DNA of 64,000 nucleotides from a virus (lineage: Duplodnaviria; Caudoviricetes): the IMG/VR virus record IMGVR_UViG_3300028549_000365, positions 64,001 to 128,000 of that record, one strand, 5' to 3'. The translations under genes and the position numbers were made by a program. Under the pieces are notes generated by a model. It saw nothing but the letters and a program-made list of their open reading frames with translations. It made no database searches and was not told where the DNA came from. This document shows, in pieces, positions 21,401 to 30,821 of the stretch. How positions within the stretch are numbered: position 1 is the first letter of the stretch; every line of letters starts with the position of its first letter.

Positions 21401-24400
21401 TGTAGATTTCTTCTCTTCACTAGGTTTACCACCTGATATAGTATCACTACCTGAGCCACTAGTAGCTGAGTCACCACCAGAACCTTGTTGTGAAGGATGT
21501 GTTCCATTATTCTTAGCGTCATTCTCAGCTATTTCTTCTTTACTAGGAGCCATCCAACCTAATCCAGGTGCGCTACTTATAACAGATTTAGCACCCATTA
21601 TTATATTGCCACCTATATTGCTTATAAAGTTAGGTATGTTTTTAAGATATCCGAACCCTACTTTCATCCATTCAAAACCAGTTTTAAGTACATCAAATAT
21701 ACCAGTAGCAATAGGTTTAAGAAAGTTAAATACATTCTTAACAGCAGTCCATGTACCGCTTAGAAATTCTTTAACATCCGTGAATGTTATACGTAAAGCA
21801 CTCATACCAGCTGCTATCGCTAATAATATTGTTGTAGGGTTAATTAAACTTGTTTCTTTCTTTTCAGCTACAGGTTTACCATCTTTGTCTTTAGTAACTT
21901 TAGGTTTGTCTTCTTTCTTTTTAAACATGTTAGAAAACGTATCTTTGTAACGTTTTGTTCTATCACCTAGTGATTCTCCAACTACTTGTTTTTTGGAATT
22001 CTTTTTATCGGCAACAGCTTTAGCCTTAGCTTCTTTCTTAGACTTTATTTCCGTGTCTCTTACTTTCTTATCTTCTTTCTTTTTAATAGCTTTAAGTCTA
22101 GCTTCTTCTCTTTTCTCAGCAGGTGATTTACCTAGACCAAATAGACTTTTCTTATTATCTGCTTTAGCTTTATCGTTTTCTTTTACTTTATCTCTTTTTT
22201 CGTCTAATGTTTTTTGCCAAGGAAATAAACGCTTACTATCGTGCTTAGCTGCAGCTTCTTGTGACGCCGCTGTCCATCTACCTGCAAAAGGATCAAGAAA
22301 AGATCTTTTAAGTCTAGTTATACGAGAGGGTATTTTATCTATAGGGTTATGCATAAACTCAGGGGTTACCGCACCAGCTACAGCACCAGTTACCGCGGCT
22401 CCTGTATTCCATAATCCCTTAAGTCCTATACCAGCTGCGTTAAATAATCCTCCACCTATACCTTTAGCTACACTGCTAGCTATACCTGATGACTCACCTT
22501 TAGTTTTATCTTTATCATTGCTACTAGTTAACTTTTTAAGACCTACTAAACCTCTACCTGTATTAGCTACGCCTCTTCCAGCTGCAGCAATACCGCCAGT
22601 TAAACCGTCCCAAGCTAAACCAGGTACTTTTAATAACCCATCTCTAGCTCCGTGTGCTATTTTCTTATCCCATTTTCTAGTAGTAGCTAATATATTCTTA
22701 ATAGTCATCTTTTTCTTTAATCTTGAAAATAAAGAAGTGCCATTTCTTCTGAAATTAAAAGCTTTTAACCAGATATCAAAGTCAGTAACCATCTTAGTTC
22801 TAAACTCTTCACTTTTAAAGAACTCTTGTCTCATATGTTCTTCTGCTTCTAAGGATAACTCTTTTAAACCTGTCCCAGTTAGTTTACCCATTATCTCATC
22901 AGTAGCTTCTTTCTTAAGATCATCAAGTTTAGTCTTAGCTTTAAATAAAGGACTGTATTTTTGTTTAAGTTTTTCTAGAGCTCCTGTTAATCTAGATTTA
23001 ACAGAACCTGGGTCTATTTGTTTAGCTACAGCTAGCCATTTAGAAAAGTCTTTTATTTGGTCAGACTTATATTCAGGACTACTAAAGAACTCTAACTTAA
23101 GTGCTTTCTTAGTGTCTTCGTCCATATCATCATATTTACCTATAAACACTATATCTTTATACTCGTCATCCTCACCACCTAGTAGTTTAGTTTTAAGTAT
23201 ATTAAAGTTCTCTTTCATAGAGTTTTTATAATAACCTAGCTCTTGCTTAACATATTCTGTTTTTTCAGACATAAAATCTTTAGCTTTATTAAGACCCTTT
23301 TCAGCAGAACGTTTAACTTTACTAGCTACTTGTAGATTTTTATCTGTACTCATAGCTAAGTGTTGTCTAGCTAATTTAGTACCAGCTGCAAACATCCATT
23401 CGTTAAATGTTTTATACGTTGTTTGTTTCATAAAGTGTTTAACTAAAATTGCTTTAGTGTCATCGTCGTAATACCCAGCAGCTAAATCACCACTAGCCAT
23501 TAACCTTTGATACATAGGATTATTATCGAACTTACTTTTCTTAACTTTACTAGGTACTTCTTTTTCATAACGTTCTTTAAGTACTTTTAGTCTACTTCTA
23601 AGTTTATCTGCGTTAGATTTGAATTTTGGTTTTTCTTTCTTTTCACCAGCGGCTTCTGCTAAATACTTAGCCGAGAACTTAGTCGTAAATTCTTCAAATG
23701 ACATTCTGTGTGAAAATGCTTTACCCCACGCATTTCTCATAGTGACTTCTACCTCGGGAGGTAAAGAAGGTCCTTGTACTTTAGCCGTTAATGACTTAGC
23801 CTTATCTTCAGCAGCTTTTTTAGTGTCGTTTAAAACATCTTTTAAATACATACCTGTATTACTGTTTTTAGCGTCTTCTAATCTTACACCTATTTTATCT
23901 TTTATTATCTTAGCTTCATCGACAGCTTTATCACTAACAGCTTTTAGATTAGTATTCTTAGTCTTGTCACTAACTTCAGAAGCTATATCCTTAACAACAC
24001 TTGTTAATTCTGATGTATTTGTGGTAGCTACAGCGTTTAATAATGTTTCTAACTTATTATCATTAAGAACATATTCTTTACCGTGCACAACACCAGCTTC
24101 TTCATGTTTACCACCATCACCTGTATATCCACCCTTTGAAAAACCTGTACTACTTGATTTAGTAATTACGTCACCCCATTCGTCTTTTTCTTCTTTTTTA
24201 GCTTTAACCTTATTTTTTCCTAAAGCTTTATCTTTAAAAGATCTTTTATCGTTCTCTTCTTTTATTTTCTTAGCTTCGTCAAATTTTGCTTTATCTTTAG
24301 AATATTGTTCGCGAATGTACTTGTCGTCCATCTTATCACTAGCGCCTATTATAAAATTAGTATAGCCTTTTTTATTATAGCTTGTTGATAGGTTACGTTT

Positions 24401-26287
24401 ATCGAACTCAGTTACACCTAATTCTTCTCCTATAGAACCATATCCCATAGCTTCCAGTTCTTTTAATTCAGACTGTAAGCCAGGAGCTTGATCCCGCATA
24501 CTACTTAACGTATTGCCTAACGAGGTTCCAAGTTCAAGATCGTTTCTTTCTCCGTACACTAATGTTTTCTTAACACTACTAGCGAATGGTTGTTTTAGTC
24601 TATCAGGTAGATGTTGTACAAACTTATTAGACATTAACTTACGTGGATCAGAACTAAAACCAGGATTAACTACATATTTAATTAAAGCTTTTCTAACTAT
24701 CTTACTATCTGTTTCATCTAGCTCTAACCCACCGTGTTGTTTAATAGTAGACATTAATGACTCTATACTTTTTCCTGTACCCTGTTCTAATCTATGTGTT
24801 ACATTTTGTTTAATGGTTTTCTTAATAGTTTCTTTATCTTCAAACCTATCATTCTTAGTATTGTAAATAAGTTCTTTTGCGTCAACATCAGACTGGTTAA
24901 CATTACTAGCTGTAGATATCCTTAATGTCTTCATTTCAGCATATATCTTACTAAGTAACCCAGGTATAATCTTAACTATTGATGTATGCGCTCTATTATC
25001 AAAAATAGATGCGTCGTTCATATTCTTCTTTTCTATTAGAAGTTTACTTTTAGAGTTAGCGTCAAACATATCACCAAGTTCATGCATCATAGTACCTATT
25101 AGTCCATCGTGTTCTGTAGCTTTCTCTTTTAATGTACCACTTATATCTGTCATAGCTAACTTAGCGTTATATATTTTCTCTCTTAGAAAATCATTCTTTT
25201 CAGCAACTTTACCTAAAGCTGACCCAGCCTTTTCTTTAATAGTTTCCGCTAACATCATACCTAATAGTGCTGATTTAGACATTCCCATTTCAGAACCACT
25301 AGCTATCATAGCGGCCATATTTTCTGTTTCACCTAGTACTTCTAAGGTTCTATCTTTGTAGTCTTCTACTTTATCTTTAAGACGTTTCTTAAACGCCATA
25401 AGTGGGTTAGCGTCAGAATATAACATATCGTTAAATCCAGTAACTGCTCTACTCTTCATATCTTCTACTAATCTTTCAGAGTTCTTAATCTTAACAACTT
25501 CTGGTAGACCTGTGTTATTTATAATAGTTGCAAATTGATTCTTGAATGTATCAAATCCTGTTTTAGTTGCTTCTAAAAGTTCTTTATTAACGAACAATGA
25601 TTTATATTGTATCTCTAATGATTTTCTGTAATAACTATTTGTTATTTCATAATCAAATTTTCTTAGACGTTCTACGTTAGCTGACGTAGTCAAAAGTATT
25701 TCATTTTGAGTAGTAGCTCTGTTATTCTCTATTTGTTGTCTAACAGACATCTCTACAGCGGTAGCTTCCTCTCTAGCACCTAAAGCTGCTAATAACTCCG
25801 CGTTTATTTTCTCTCGTTCTAAGTCCTCTTTACTAGGACCTTTATCTTCTGTATTATTACCATCTGATAACCAATCGCTTAATTTTGCTAACACACCATT
25901 AAGTTTATCATTATTAGCAGGTAATACTTTTTGTATAGCGTCTAAAGTAGACTTACCTTGTTTCTTTATTTCTATCCCTGCGTTATAGAACTCTTCTTTA
26001 ACACTATCGTGAATGTCAGTAACTGTATCAGCTTCTTTAGATAAGCTTTCAGGTATAGACTTCTTAGCTATATCTGTGGCTGTTTTAAGTTTGTCGTCCT
26101 TAAAAGTACCAACGAAGTTACTAGCAACATCACCAGCAGATCTTGTAATAGCTTCTCTACTGTCTTTAGGTGGAGGTGGAGCCGCCATAGGGTCTCCGAA
26201 GTCCATACCACCTAGTTCGTCATCTAGGTTAAAATCCTCATCATTAAGATCTAAATCTAGATCATCTGGGTTTTTGTTTTTTGCCAT
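18467..26287 (-). CDS. Giant tape-measure-like tail protein (phiKZ gp181 position) with a lysozyme-like domain and an M15 peptidase domain
   Basis: ~2600 aa, helical and K-rich. GGYTGDGGKHEEAGVVHGKEYV tape-measure motif; FESGG...SSGKGDHGGVSYGTHQF glycosidase motif; SGYR...APPGKSKHEVGIAADI...EHWHVE M15 motif. Likely start MAKNK at 26287; the track gives 26311. Confidence 0.8.
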   Translation of the reverse strand: MAKNKNPDDLDLDLNDEDFNLDDELGGMDFGDPMAAPPPPKDSREAITRSAGDVASNFVGTFKDDKLKTATDIAKKSIPESLSKEADTVTDIHDSVKEEFYNAGIEIKKQGKSTLDAIQKVLPANNDKLNGVLAKLSDWLSDGNNTEDKGPSKEDLEREKINAELLAALGAREEATAVEMSVRQQIENNRATTQNEILLTTSANVERLRKFDYEITNSYYRKSLEIQYKSLFVNKELLEATKTGFDTFKNQFATIINNTGLPEVVKIKNSERLVEDMKSRAVTGFNDMLYSDANPLMAFKKRLKDKVEDYKDRTLEVLGETENMAAMIASGSEMGMSKSALLGMMLAETIKEKAGSALGKVAEKNDFLREKIYNAKLAMTDISGTLKEKATEHDGLIGTMMHELGDMFDANSKSKLLIEKKNMNDASIFDNRAHTSIVKIIPGLLSKIYAEMKTLRISTASNVNQSDVDAKELIYNTKNDRFEDKETIKKTIKQNVTHRLEQGTGKSIESLMSTIKQHGGLELDETDSKIVRKALIKYVVNPGFSSDPRKLMSNKFVQHLPDRLKQPFASSVKKTLVYGERNDLELGTSLGNTLSSMRDQAPGLQSELKELEAMGYGSIGEELGVTEFDKRNLSTSYNKKGYTNFIIGASDKMDDKYIREQYSKDKAKFDEAKKIKEENDKRSFKDKALGKNKVKAKKEEKDEWGDVITKSSSTGFSKGGYTGDGGKHEEAGVVHGKEYVLNDNKLETLLNAVATTNTSELTSVVKDIASEVSDKTKNTNLKAVSDKAVDEAKIIKDKIGVRLEDAKNSNTGMYLKDVLNDTKKAAEDKAKSLTAKVQGPSLPPEVEVTMRNAWGKAFSHRMSFEEFTTKFSAKYLAEAAGEKKEKPKFKSNADKLRSRLKVLKERYEKEVPSKVKKSKFDNNPMYQRLMASGDLAAGYYDDDTKAILVKHFMKQTTYKTFNEWMFAAGTKLARQHLAMSTDKNLQVASKVKRSAEKGLNKAKDFMSEKTEYVKQELGYYKNSMKENFNILKTKLLGGEDDEYKDIVFIGKYDDMDEDTKKALKLEFFSSPEYKSDQIKDFSKWLAVAKQIDPGSVKSRLTGALEKLKQKYSPLFKAKTKLDDLKKEATDEIMGKLTGTGLKELSLEAEEHMRQEFFKSEEFRTKMVTDFDIWLKAFNFRRNGTSLFSRLKKKMTIKNILATTRKWDKKIAHGARDGLLKVPGLAWDGLTGGIAAAGRGVANTGRGLVGLKKLTSSNDKDKTKGESSGIASSVAKGIGGGLFNAAGIGLKGLWNTGAAVTGAVAGAVTPEFMHNPIDKIPSRITRLKRSFLDPFAGRWTAASQEAAAKHDSKRLFPWQKTLDEKRDKVKENDKAKADNKKSLFGLGKSPAEKREEARLKAIKKKEDKKVRDTEIKSKKEAKAKAVADKKNSKKQVVGESLGDRTKRYKDTFSNMFKKKEDKPKVTKDKDGKPVAEKKETSLINPTTILLAIAAGMSALRITFTDVKEFLSGTWTAVKNVFNFLKPIATGIFDVLKTGFEWMKVGFGYLKNIPNFISNIGGNIIMGAKSVISSAPGLGWMAPSKEEIAENDAKNNGTHPSQQGSGGDSATSGSGSDTISGGKPSEEKKSTATTTGEMVGYGAAAYAAHKTGVLKLGIKAGGIAVDATKGAVNLGTKLAGKTPVAITTPTPEAPKSGGMFDKFKKWGSSAIDTVKKVGGNALDSAKKAGGNLVENVKKVGAKVLKGGGEIFDKVVSYAKQLKTKIAKRLTGEVGKRLIAKIASKLLPGVGLLLLANDVVSITKFIAQGYSFGSAVSKGILGFDIFNEKDPVLDENGNPVPAAKLAGELQNKGVASKENKELTKTVKGNTVDPKEEKGFFGKIGDSIANGVSNVGNALSNVKDNIMNSAAVQNTSNAISNVGNYISAGVGKARDLISSGIGAVAGLFESGGKKNGAGMVSSGKGDHGGVSYGTHQFSTKTVANYVANSRFKNNFKGLTPGTPEFGDKWKAIFKDYPDEFAEDQEAFIAKSHYQPQVTLLKKYGIDLPTRSKALQSTAYSIGVQYGGSRPIIPEGIKAAGLDPAAADDEKIIKATYAYKRKNVGVHFKSSSVDVQKGVAKRINDEEATVLKMLGSSPSPTVKPPAKTTTAVGTTAGSAIVASKKVTGTKSTSNTTDSKPKIENKTKEQATVSKPVKLINGRTVDTKQSAVLPSKPQAQPKSSGGWFSSFTDKLSNVKDNIMNSGAVKNTVGMITTAAGNVAGLFKGNQTEGLKIAGGQTQGVDKTFLDNIAGMSKEFKSIKNRDLVFTSGYREPAKQQALWEAALIKYGSEAAARKWVAPPGKSKHEVGIAADINYAASGKADMDWADSSGLLAKYKLYRPLANEHWHVEPIGSRNGTPPVADGKQNPKIEPKKADVKKIKEKGTSIDPKKNPKAAAISKGEDPKLVGDKLKEKKTSTVTPKKEAKVENKSTVKPTLKTDIAKSKTSTVTPKKETKVENKPSGNVADKEKAKADTVKTNEAKASNEYLAKTSSTSEQTLNVQTEILNALKGMNENIVALNSNISGGLKVNNLDEIQIPGNEAPGVDNKPKTRTVSDIPKPAINLERKKYT

Positions 26288-26337
26288 GTTCATTCCTTGA
26301 CTAAATCTCATATATAACTATAAATCAAGGAAACGCA

Positions 26338-27781
26338 ATGGAACAATACGTAATGACCCCTTTCAACATAGAACTTTTAATACTTGATAAGAGTATAGAA
26401 AAAATGTTAGGTCGTGTATACAAAACAAATATATTCGAAACACCTACACAAAATTTTGATGCAAACGGTTTATTTTCAACAGAAATATTCGGACCAATAG
26501 GGTCTGAAGATAGAAACGATAGATTTGGTTATATTGATTTAGGTATTAAAGTATTTCATCCTTTAGTGTTTGAACACATATCCACATTAAAGAGTTTTTA
26601 TAAAGATATCATAACTGGTACTAAACATGCTAAGTTTGATAATAAGCTTAATGACTTCGTACCAGCTACTATGGAAGATGGTTCAACTGGATTTGCCTTC
26701 TTTATGAAATACGTTAAAGATATAAAGTTAGAATCAACTGGTGGTGACCAAAGAGATTTTAAAATAAAGTTACTTAATCTTTATCACGATGATAATAGTT
26801 TATTAGACAAATGGTTAGTGCTACCTGCTGGGTTAAGAGATTATATTGTTAGTGAAGATGGTAAGACATCTGAAGATGAAGTTAATGATATTTATCGTAA
26901 ACTAATAACAACTACTAACTTATTGTTAAGTATTAATGTTACTCCTACTACTGAACACACTGTAGATAATATTAGGCTCAAGATACAACTATTAACAGTA
27001 GAACTATACGAACATTTTAAAGTTCTATTAGATGGTAAAAATAAGTTCATACAAGGTAAGTGGGCTAAGAGAGCTATAGTTAACGGAACTAGAAACGTTC
27101 TAACACCTGCTATTAGTAATATAACTAGAATAGACCAAACTAATATGATCACAAGCGATCATACTATATGTGGTCTTTACCAATACGTAAGAGCTATAAC
27201 ACCTATAGCTATGAATAAAATACATACTAAGTTTATAAGTAAGATTATGAATGTTACAACTAGTACAGTTATGTTAGTTAATAGTAAAACTATGAAGTCT
27301 GAACTTATGGAGATATCTGTAAAGAAAAGAGATGAGTGGTTAACTATAGAGGGTCTTGATGATGTATTTGGTAAACTAGAGCAAGAAGATATAAGATCAC
27401 TACCTATTAAATTAGAGAACAACTATTTATTTCTAGTGCACGATAAAGATGATGTAATAACAGTTATATTCAACACGGCTGATATTCCAGAAGATATGGA
27501 TAGAAGTTATATTAGACCTATAACTTATTATGAGTTACTGTATATAAGTATACATGATTGTATAGATATATACCCTGGGTTCATAACAAGATATCCTGTT
27601 GCTAACTTAGGTGGTATATATCCTTCTAAGATGTATGTAAGATGTACTGAGAACCCTAGAGTGGTAGACGTAGTTATGAACGGAACAACTACTAGAATGT
27701 ATGAATATCCTAACCTAACTGAACAATATATAAACAGTGTATCTGCGTCTCCAACACACATTCAGAAATTAGGAGCTGACT
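26338..27781 (+). CDS. Virion RNA polymerase beta-prime subunit (phiKZ gp180-like), exon 1
   Basis: GLFSTEIFG, GKWAKRAIVNGTRNVL, RYP motifs; homology ends at LGAD just inside the catalytic motif. Confidence 0.9.
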
Positions 27782-29559
27782 CAACAAAAGCCTATTAATT
27801 GATAACAATTATAGGACACATAATGCACAATATAACAAATAAAACGTTTGCTGATTTAGCAAACAAAATACATAACAATAAGTATGATTACTCAAAAGTA
27901 ATATTTACAAGTATATATAAACCTGTAGAAATAATCTGCCCGAAGCATGGTGGTTTTAACCAAACACTACGCGACCATATAATACGTAAATCTATATGTA
28001 AAGCATGTTCGACTGAACAACAAGCTGAGAGAAATAAAACACCTATAGAAATAATTAAACAAAAAATATTAGATCTAAATGATGTTTACACACCAGTTTA
28101 TGATACATATATTAACTCTTCTGTTAAAATGAAATTCATATGTCCTGTACATGGAGAATTTTATCAAACACCTAGACGATTTATATACGAGAATATTAGA
28201 TGCGGTAAATGTGGTCATTCTAGAGGAGGAGATAAAATCAGGTTAAATACATCTGTTTTTATATCTAAATCTAAAGAATACCACGGCGATAGATATGATT
28301 ATAGTAAAGTAGTATATATTAATAATAGTACACCTGTAGAAATAGTATGTAGTACACATGGTAGTTTTTTACAAACACCTCAAAACCATATGTTAGGCAG
28401 CAACTGTCACAAATGTAATAATGAAGCAACTGTACTTAGATGTAGACATACTAACACACAGTTTATATCCAAAGCTAAGTTAACACACGGTGATAAATAT
28501 AACTACGATAAGGTTGAGTATATTAATAATAAAACACCAGTAACTATAACATGTTTATTACATGGTGATTTTACGTCTAGGCCAGATAACCACATAAGTG
28601 GTAAATCAGGTTGTCCTGTATGTAATGAATCTAAAGGTGAGTTAAAAGTAAGAGAGTTCTTAATATCAAACCATATAGAATATATAAGGGAGTATAGATT
28701 TCCTAATAGTAACTATAGGTATGTCTTTTATCTACCTAAACTAAATATACTTATAGAATATGACGGAGCTTTACATTTTAAGGCTGTTGATAATTTTGGT
28801 GGTGTAGATCACCTTAATGCTCAAAAAGCCAGAGATTCACATAAGAATGATTTAGCTAAGTTACATAATGTACCGCTTATAAGATTACATTACAGATCGT
28901 ACAATGAACTAGAATCTATATTACTATTTAAACTTTCTAAATACTATAAGTACAGAGTTGGTAATAAATACTATAGAGGTCTTACTGAGTTATGTAAAGG
29001 TGAACAACTACCTGGTACAACTGTACCTAAAGATGTTAAAAAATATTTGTTATATTGTAAATAATGTACCTCAGGGTCCGCTATATAGTAATATATAGTG
29101 ATAATCTATTGAATTTGTCGGGAACACCTTAAAGCTGGTACACTACAAGTAGTTGGAAACGACTACTGAATGTTAACAACGTACCGGATGATCTTAAGTG
29201 GTCAACATCTATATCGAGAGTATAACTAGGCAGTCTTATCAACTGTTAGTAGCTACTGGTTGAGACCAGGTGTAATAGGCAACCGTGGAACCTAAGGTTC
29301 CCTTTCGCAGCGAAGATCCTAACCCGTAAGGTATGGATAACGTTCAACGACTATCCCGTAGCTGGGAGTAGCGCCAAGTGGTGGGGTAGACCCCTTAAAG
29401 ACAAAGTGGTAGATATCCTACGAGGTGATAACGTAGGATAAAGATATAGTCTCAACGTGCACGGAACAAGGCGTTCCTTAACGAAAGGTGCAGATGCGTG
29501 TCATGACGCTGGTATAACGTAACTATACAGTTACATAACGAGTTATGCTGAAGATATTG
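27782..29559 (+). mobile_element. Group I self-splicing intron (IA-like) with an endonuclease ORF in the P1 loop
   Basis: 5' exon ends in U (27781) and the intron ends in G (29559). R element gttcaacgacta at 29342-29353 and S element aagatatagtct at 29441-29452 form P7. P3 atcta/tagat, P8 atcctacg/cgtaggat, P2 ctatata-gtaa-tatatag. Excision restores GAC TTT GAT GGT GAC. Confidence 0.92.
27823..29064 (+). CDS. Intron-encoded homing endonuclease: four Cys/His zinc-binding repeats plus a Vsr/EDxHD-like PD-(D/E)xK domain, possibly inactive
   Basis: Four YDYSKV...ICPKHG.F.Q...C..C repeats; SKGE...YRYVFYLP...IEYDGALH...RDSHKN. ATG at 27823 follows an AGGA RBS; the track starts at TTG 27799. Confidence 0.85.
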   Translation: MHNITNKTFADLANKIHNNKYDYSKVIFTSIYKPVEIICPKHGGFNQTLRDHIIRKSICKACSTEQQAERNKTPIEIIKQKILDLNDVYTPVYDTYINSSVKMKFICPVHGEFYQTPRRFIYENIRCGKCGHSRGGDKIRLNTSVFISKSKEYHGDRYDYSKVVYINNSTPVEIVCSTHGSFLQTPQNHMLGSNCHKCNNEATVLRCRHTNTQFISKAKLTHGDKYNYDKVEYINNKTPVTITCLLHGDFTSRPDNHISGKSGCPVCNESKGELKVREFLISNHIEYIREYRFPNSNYRYVFYLPKLNILIEYDGALHFKAVDNFGGVDHLNAQKARDSHKNDLAKLHNVPLIRLHYRSYNELESILLFKLSKYYKYRVGNKYYRGLTELCKGEQLPGTTVPKDVKKYLLYCK

Positions 29560-29732
29560 TTGATGGTGACACGGTTTCTTTAAATATACTTTATGTAGAT
29601 GACAGTATAGAAGAAGTTGATAATATACTTAATAGTAAAGAGTTCTATATATCTCCTAGCGGAGGATTAACCTATTCTATAAACAGCGAAACACTTAACT
29701 ATGTAGTAGCTCATCTGGTTGACACACTATGA
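29560..29732 (+). CDS. Virion RNA polymerase beta-prime subunit, exon 2 (not in the ORF track)
   Basis: Reads (F)DGDTVSLNILYVDDSIEEVDNILNSKEFYISPSGGLTYSINSETLNYVVAHLVDTL-stop. Spliced CDS is 1444+173=1617 nt, 538 aa. Confidence 0.9.
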
Positions 29733-30127
29733 AAAAGATAAGAAGTGATTATGACCTTAAGGACTATTATGAAATAGATCGCTTAGGTCAAGTTTATAAA
29801 GTAACAATAGTGGATGGTAAACGTATAGAAAATAAGATGTCGCCATTTCTTACTAAAGATGGGTATCTTGAGTATGTGTTAACAACTAACAGCGGAACTA
29901 AAAAACATGTGCAAGAACAACGACTTGTAGCCATGACTTATTTACCTATACCTAAGACGAATAGACATATAGAGGTAAATCATAAAGACGGAAATAGAAC
30001 TAATAACATAGTTAGTAACCTTGAGTGGGTTACTAAATCTGAGAACATTAGACATTCATTCGATGTGCTTGGTAAGGTTGTACATAACAAAGGTAAGACT
30101 AAACAAGAAGATGGTAGTTATTCATAG
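29729..30127 (+). CDS. Free-standing HNH homing-type endonuclease
   Basis: RLVAMTYLP...EVNHKDGNRTNNIVSNLEWVTKSEN HNH motif with a NUMOD4-like N-terminus; ATGA overlap with the exon 2 stop. Confidence 0.85.
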   Translation: MKKIRSDYDLKDYYEIDRLGQVYKVTIVDGKRIENKMSPFLTKDGYLEYVLTTNSGTKKHVQEQRLVAMTYLPIPKTNRHIEVNHKDGNRTNNIVSNLEWVTKSENIRHSFDVLGKVVHNKGKTKQEDGSYS

Positions 30128-30253
30128 TAGTGTTAACACTATCCAATATATTTCAGTCTTATATTATAAAGATAGTCTGGAGATACACCTCCAGATGAAT
30201 TTAGCTTCTGTAATGTCGGGTGTATAAATTATTACAGAGATTAAGGATTTAGA

Positions 30254-30460
30254 ATGAGCGAACTATATGTTAGACTTTGTAACAACACGTTGACATGTCT
30301 TAAGATAGAAATGGTTAAAGAGATTTGTGATCATCCAACAAACCATGTTATGAATATGGCTGTAGATGATAATGTATTGATAGTTACGACCGAAAGAGAT
30401 ATACCTGATGTAATTGAAACTGTACGTACTATAATGGAAATATTAAGGAATAGCAAATGA
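30254..30460 (+). CDS. Small hypothetical protein
   Basis: AAGGA RBS; 68 aa. Confidence 0.6.
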   Translation: MSELYVRLCNNTLTCLKIEMVKEICDHPTNHVMNMAVDDNVLIVTTERDIPDVIETVRTIMEILRNSK

Positions 30461-30672
30461 TGGATATGGTACTAAATTTTAATGAGATAATGGATATATT
30501 GGATATAATGAGTGAGATAGACAGCTGTGATGTATTATCACTTAGTAACAATGTTAGTATAAATAATATGCTTTACTGTGAACATCAACAAGTTATGTTT
30601 GAACCGTTATCTTATTCGTATGAAACATTTGTATCTCAAGAAGACATAGATGATATGAACTACTGGGCATAA
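30457..30672 (+). CDS. Small acidic hypothetical protein
   Basis: Overlaps the previous stop; followed by a terminator. Confidence 0.6.
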   Translation: MMDMVLNFNEIMDILDIMSEIDSCDVLSLSNNVSINNMLYCEHQQVMFEPLSYSYETFVSQEDIDDMNYWA

Positions 30673-30677
30673 AGAAT

Positions 30678-30705
30678 AAGTAACTTCGGTTACTTGTTTT
30701 TTTTT
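30678..30705 (+). terminator. Intrinsic terminator with UUCG tetraloop
   Basis: aagtaac-ttcg-gttactt followed by g and a T-run. Confidence 0.8.
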
Positions 30706-30755
30706 GTTCGGTTAAACGCGATAACGTATCAGTGAGTATAACTAAAGTTATACAG

Positions 30756-30768
30756 TCACATATTATTA
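30756..30768 (+). promoter_or_regulatory. Candidate phage promoter motif TCACATATTATTA
   Basis: Upstream of phuZ; preceded by the hairpin gtataact-aa-agttatac and followed by AGAGTG. Confidence 0.6.
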
Positions 30769-30821
30769 AATTAGAGTGTATATCTCGAGAATACATTTAA
30801 ATTAAAACACAAGGAGACATT

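Noticed and set aside
27782-27798. C-terminal STKAY-stop of the RNAP ORF in the track
   Set aside because: This is read-through into the intron; the real C-terminus is exon 2.
30172-30237. Two small stems after the HNH gene (tctggag/ctccaga and ctgtaat/attacag) as a possible second intron
   Set aside because: No group I or II core elements and no interrupted flanking gene; more likely local terminator or regulatory hairpins.
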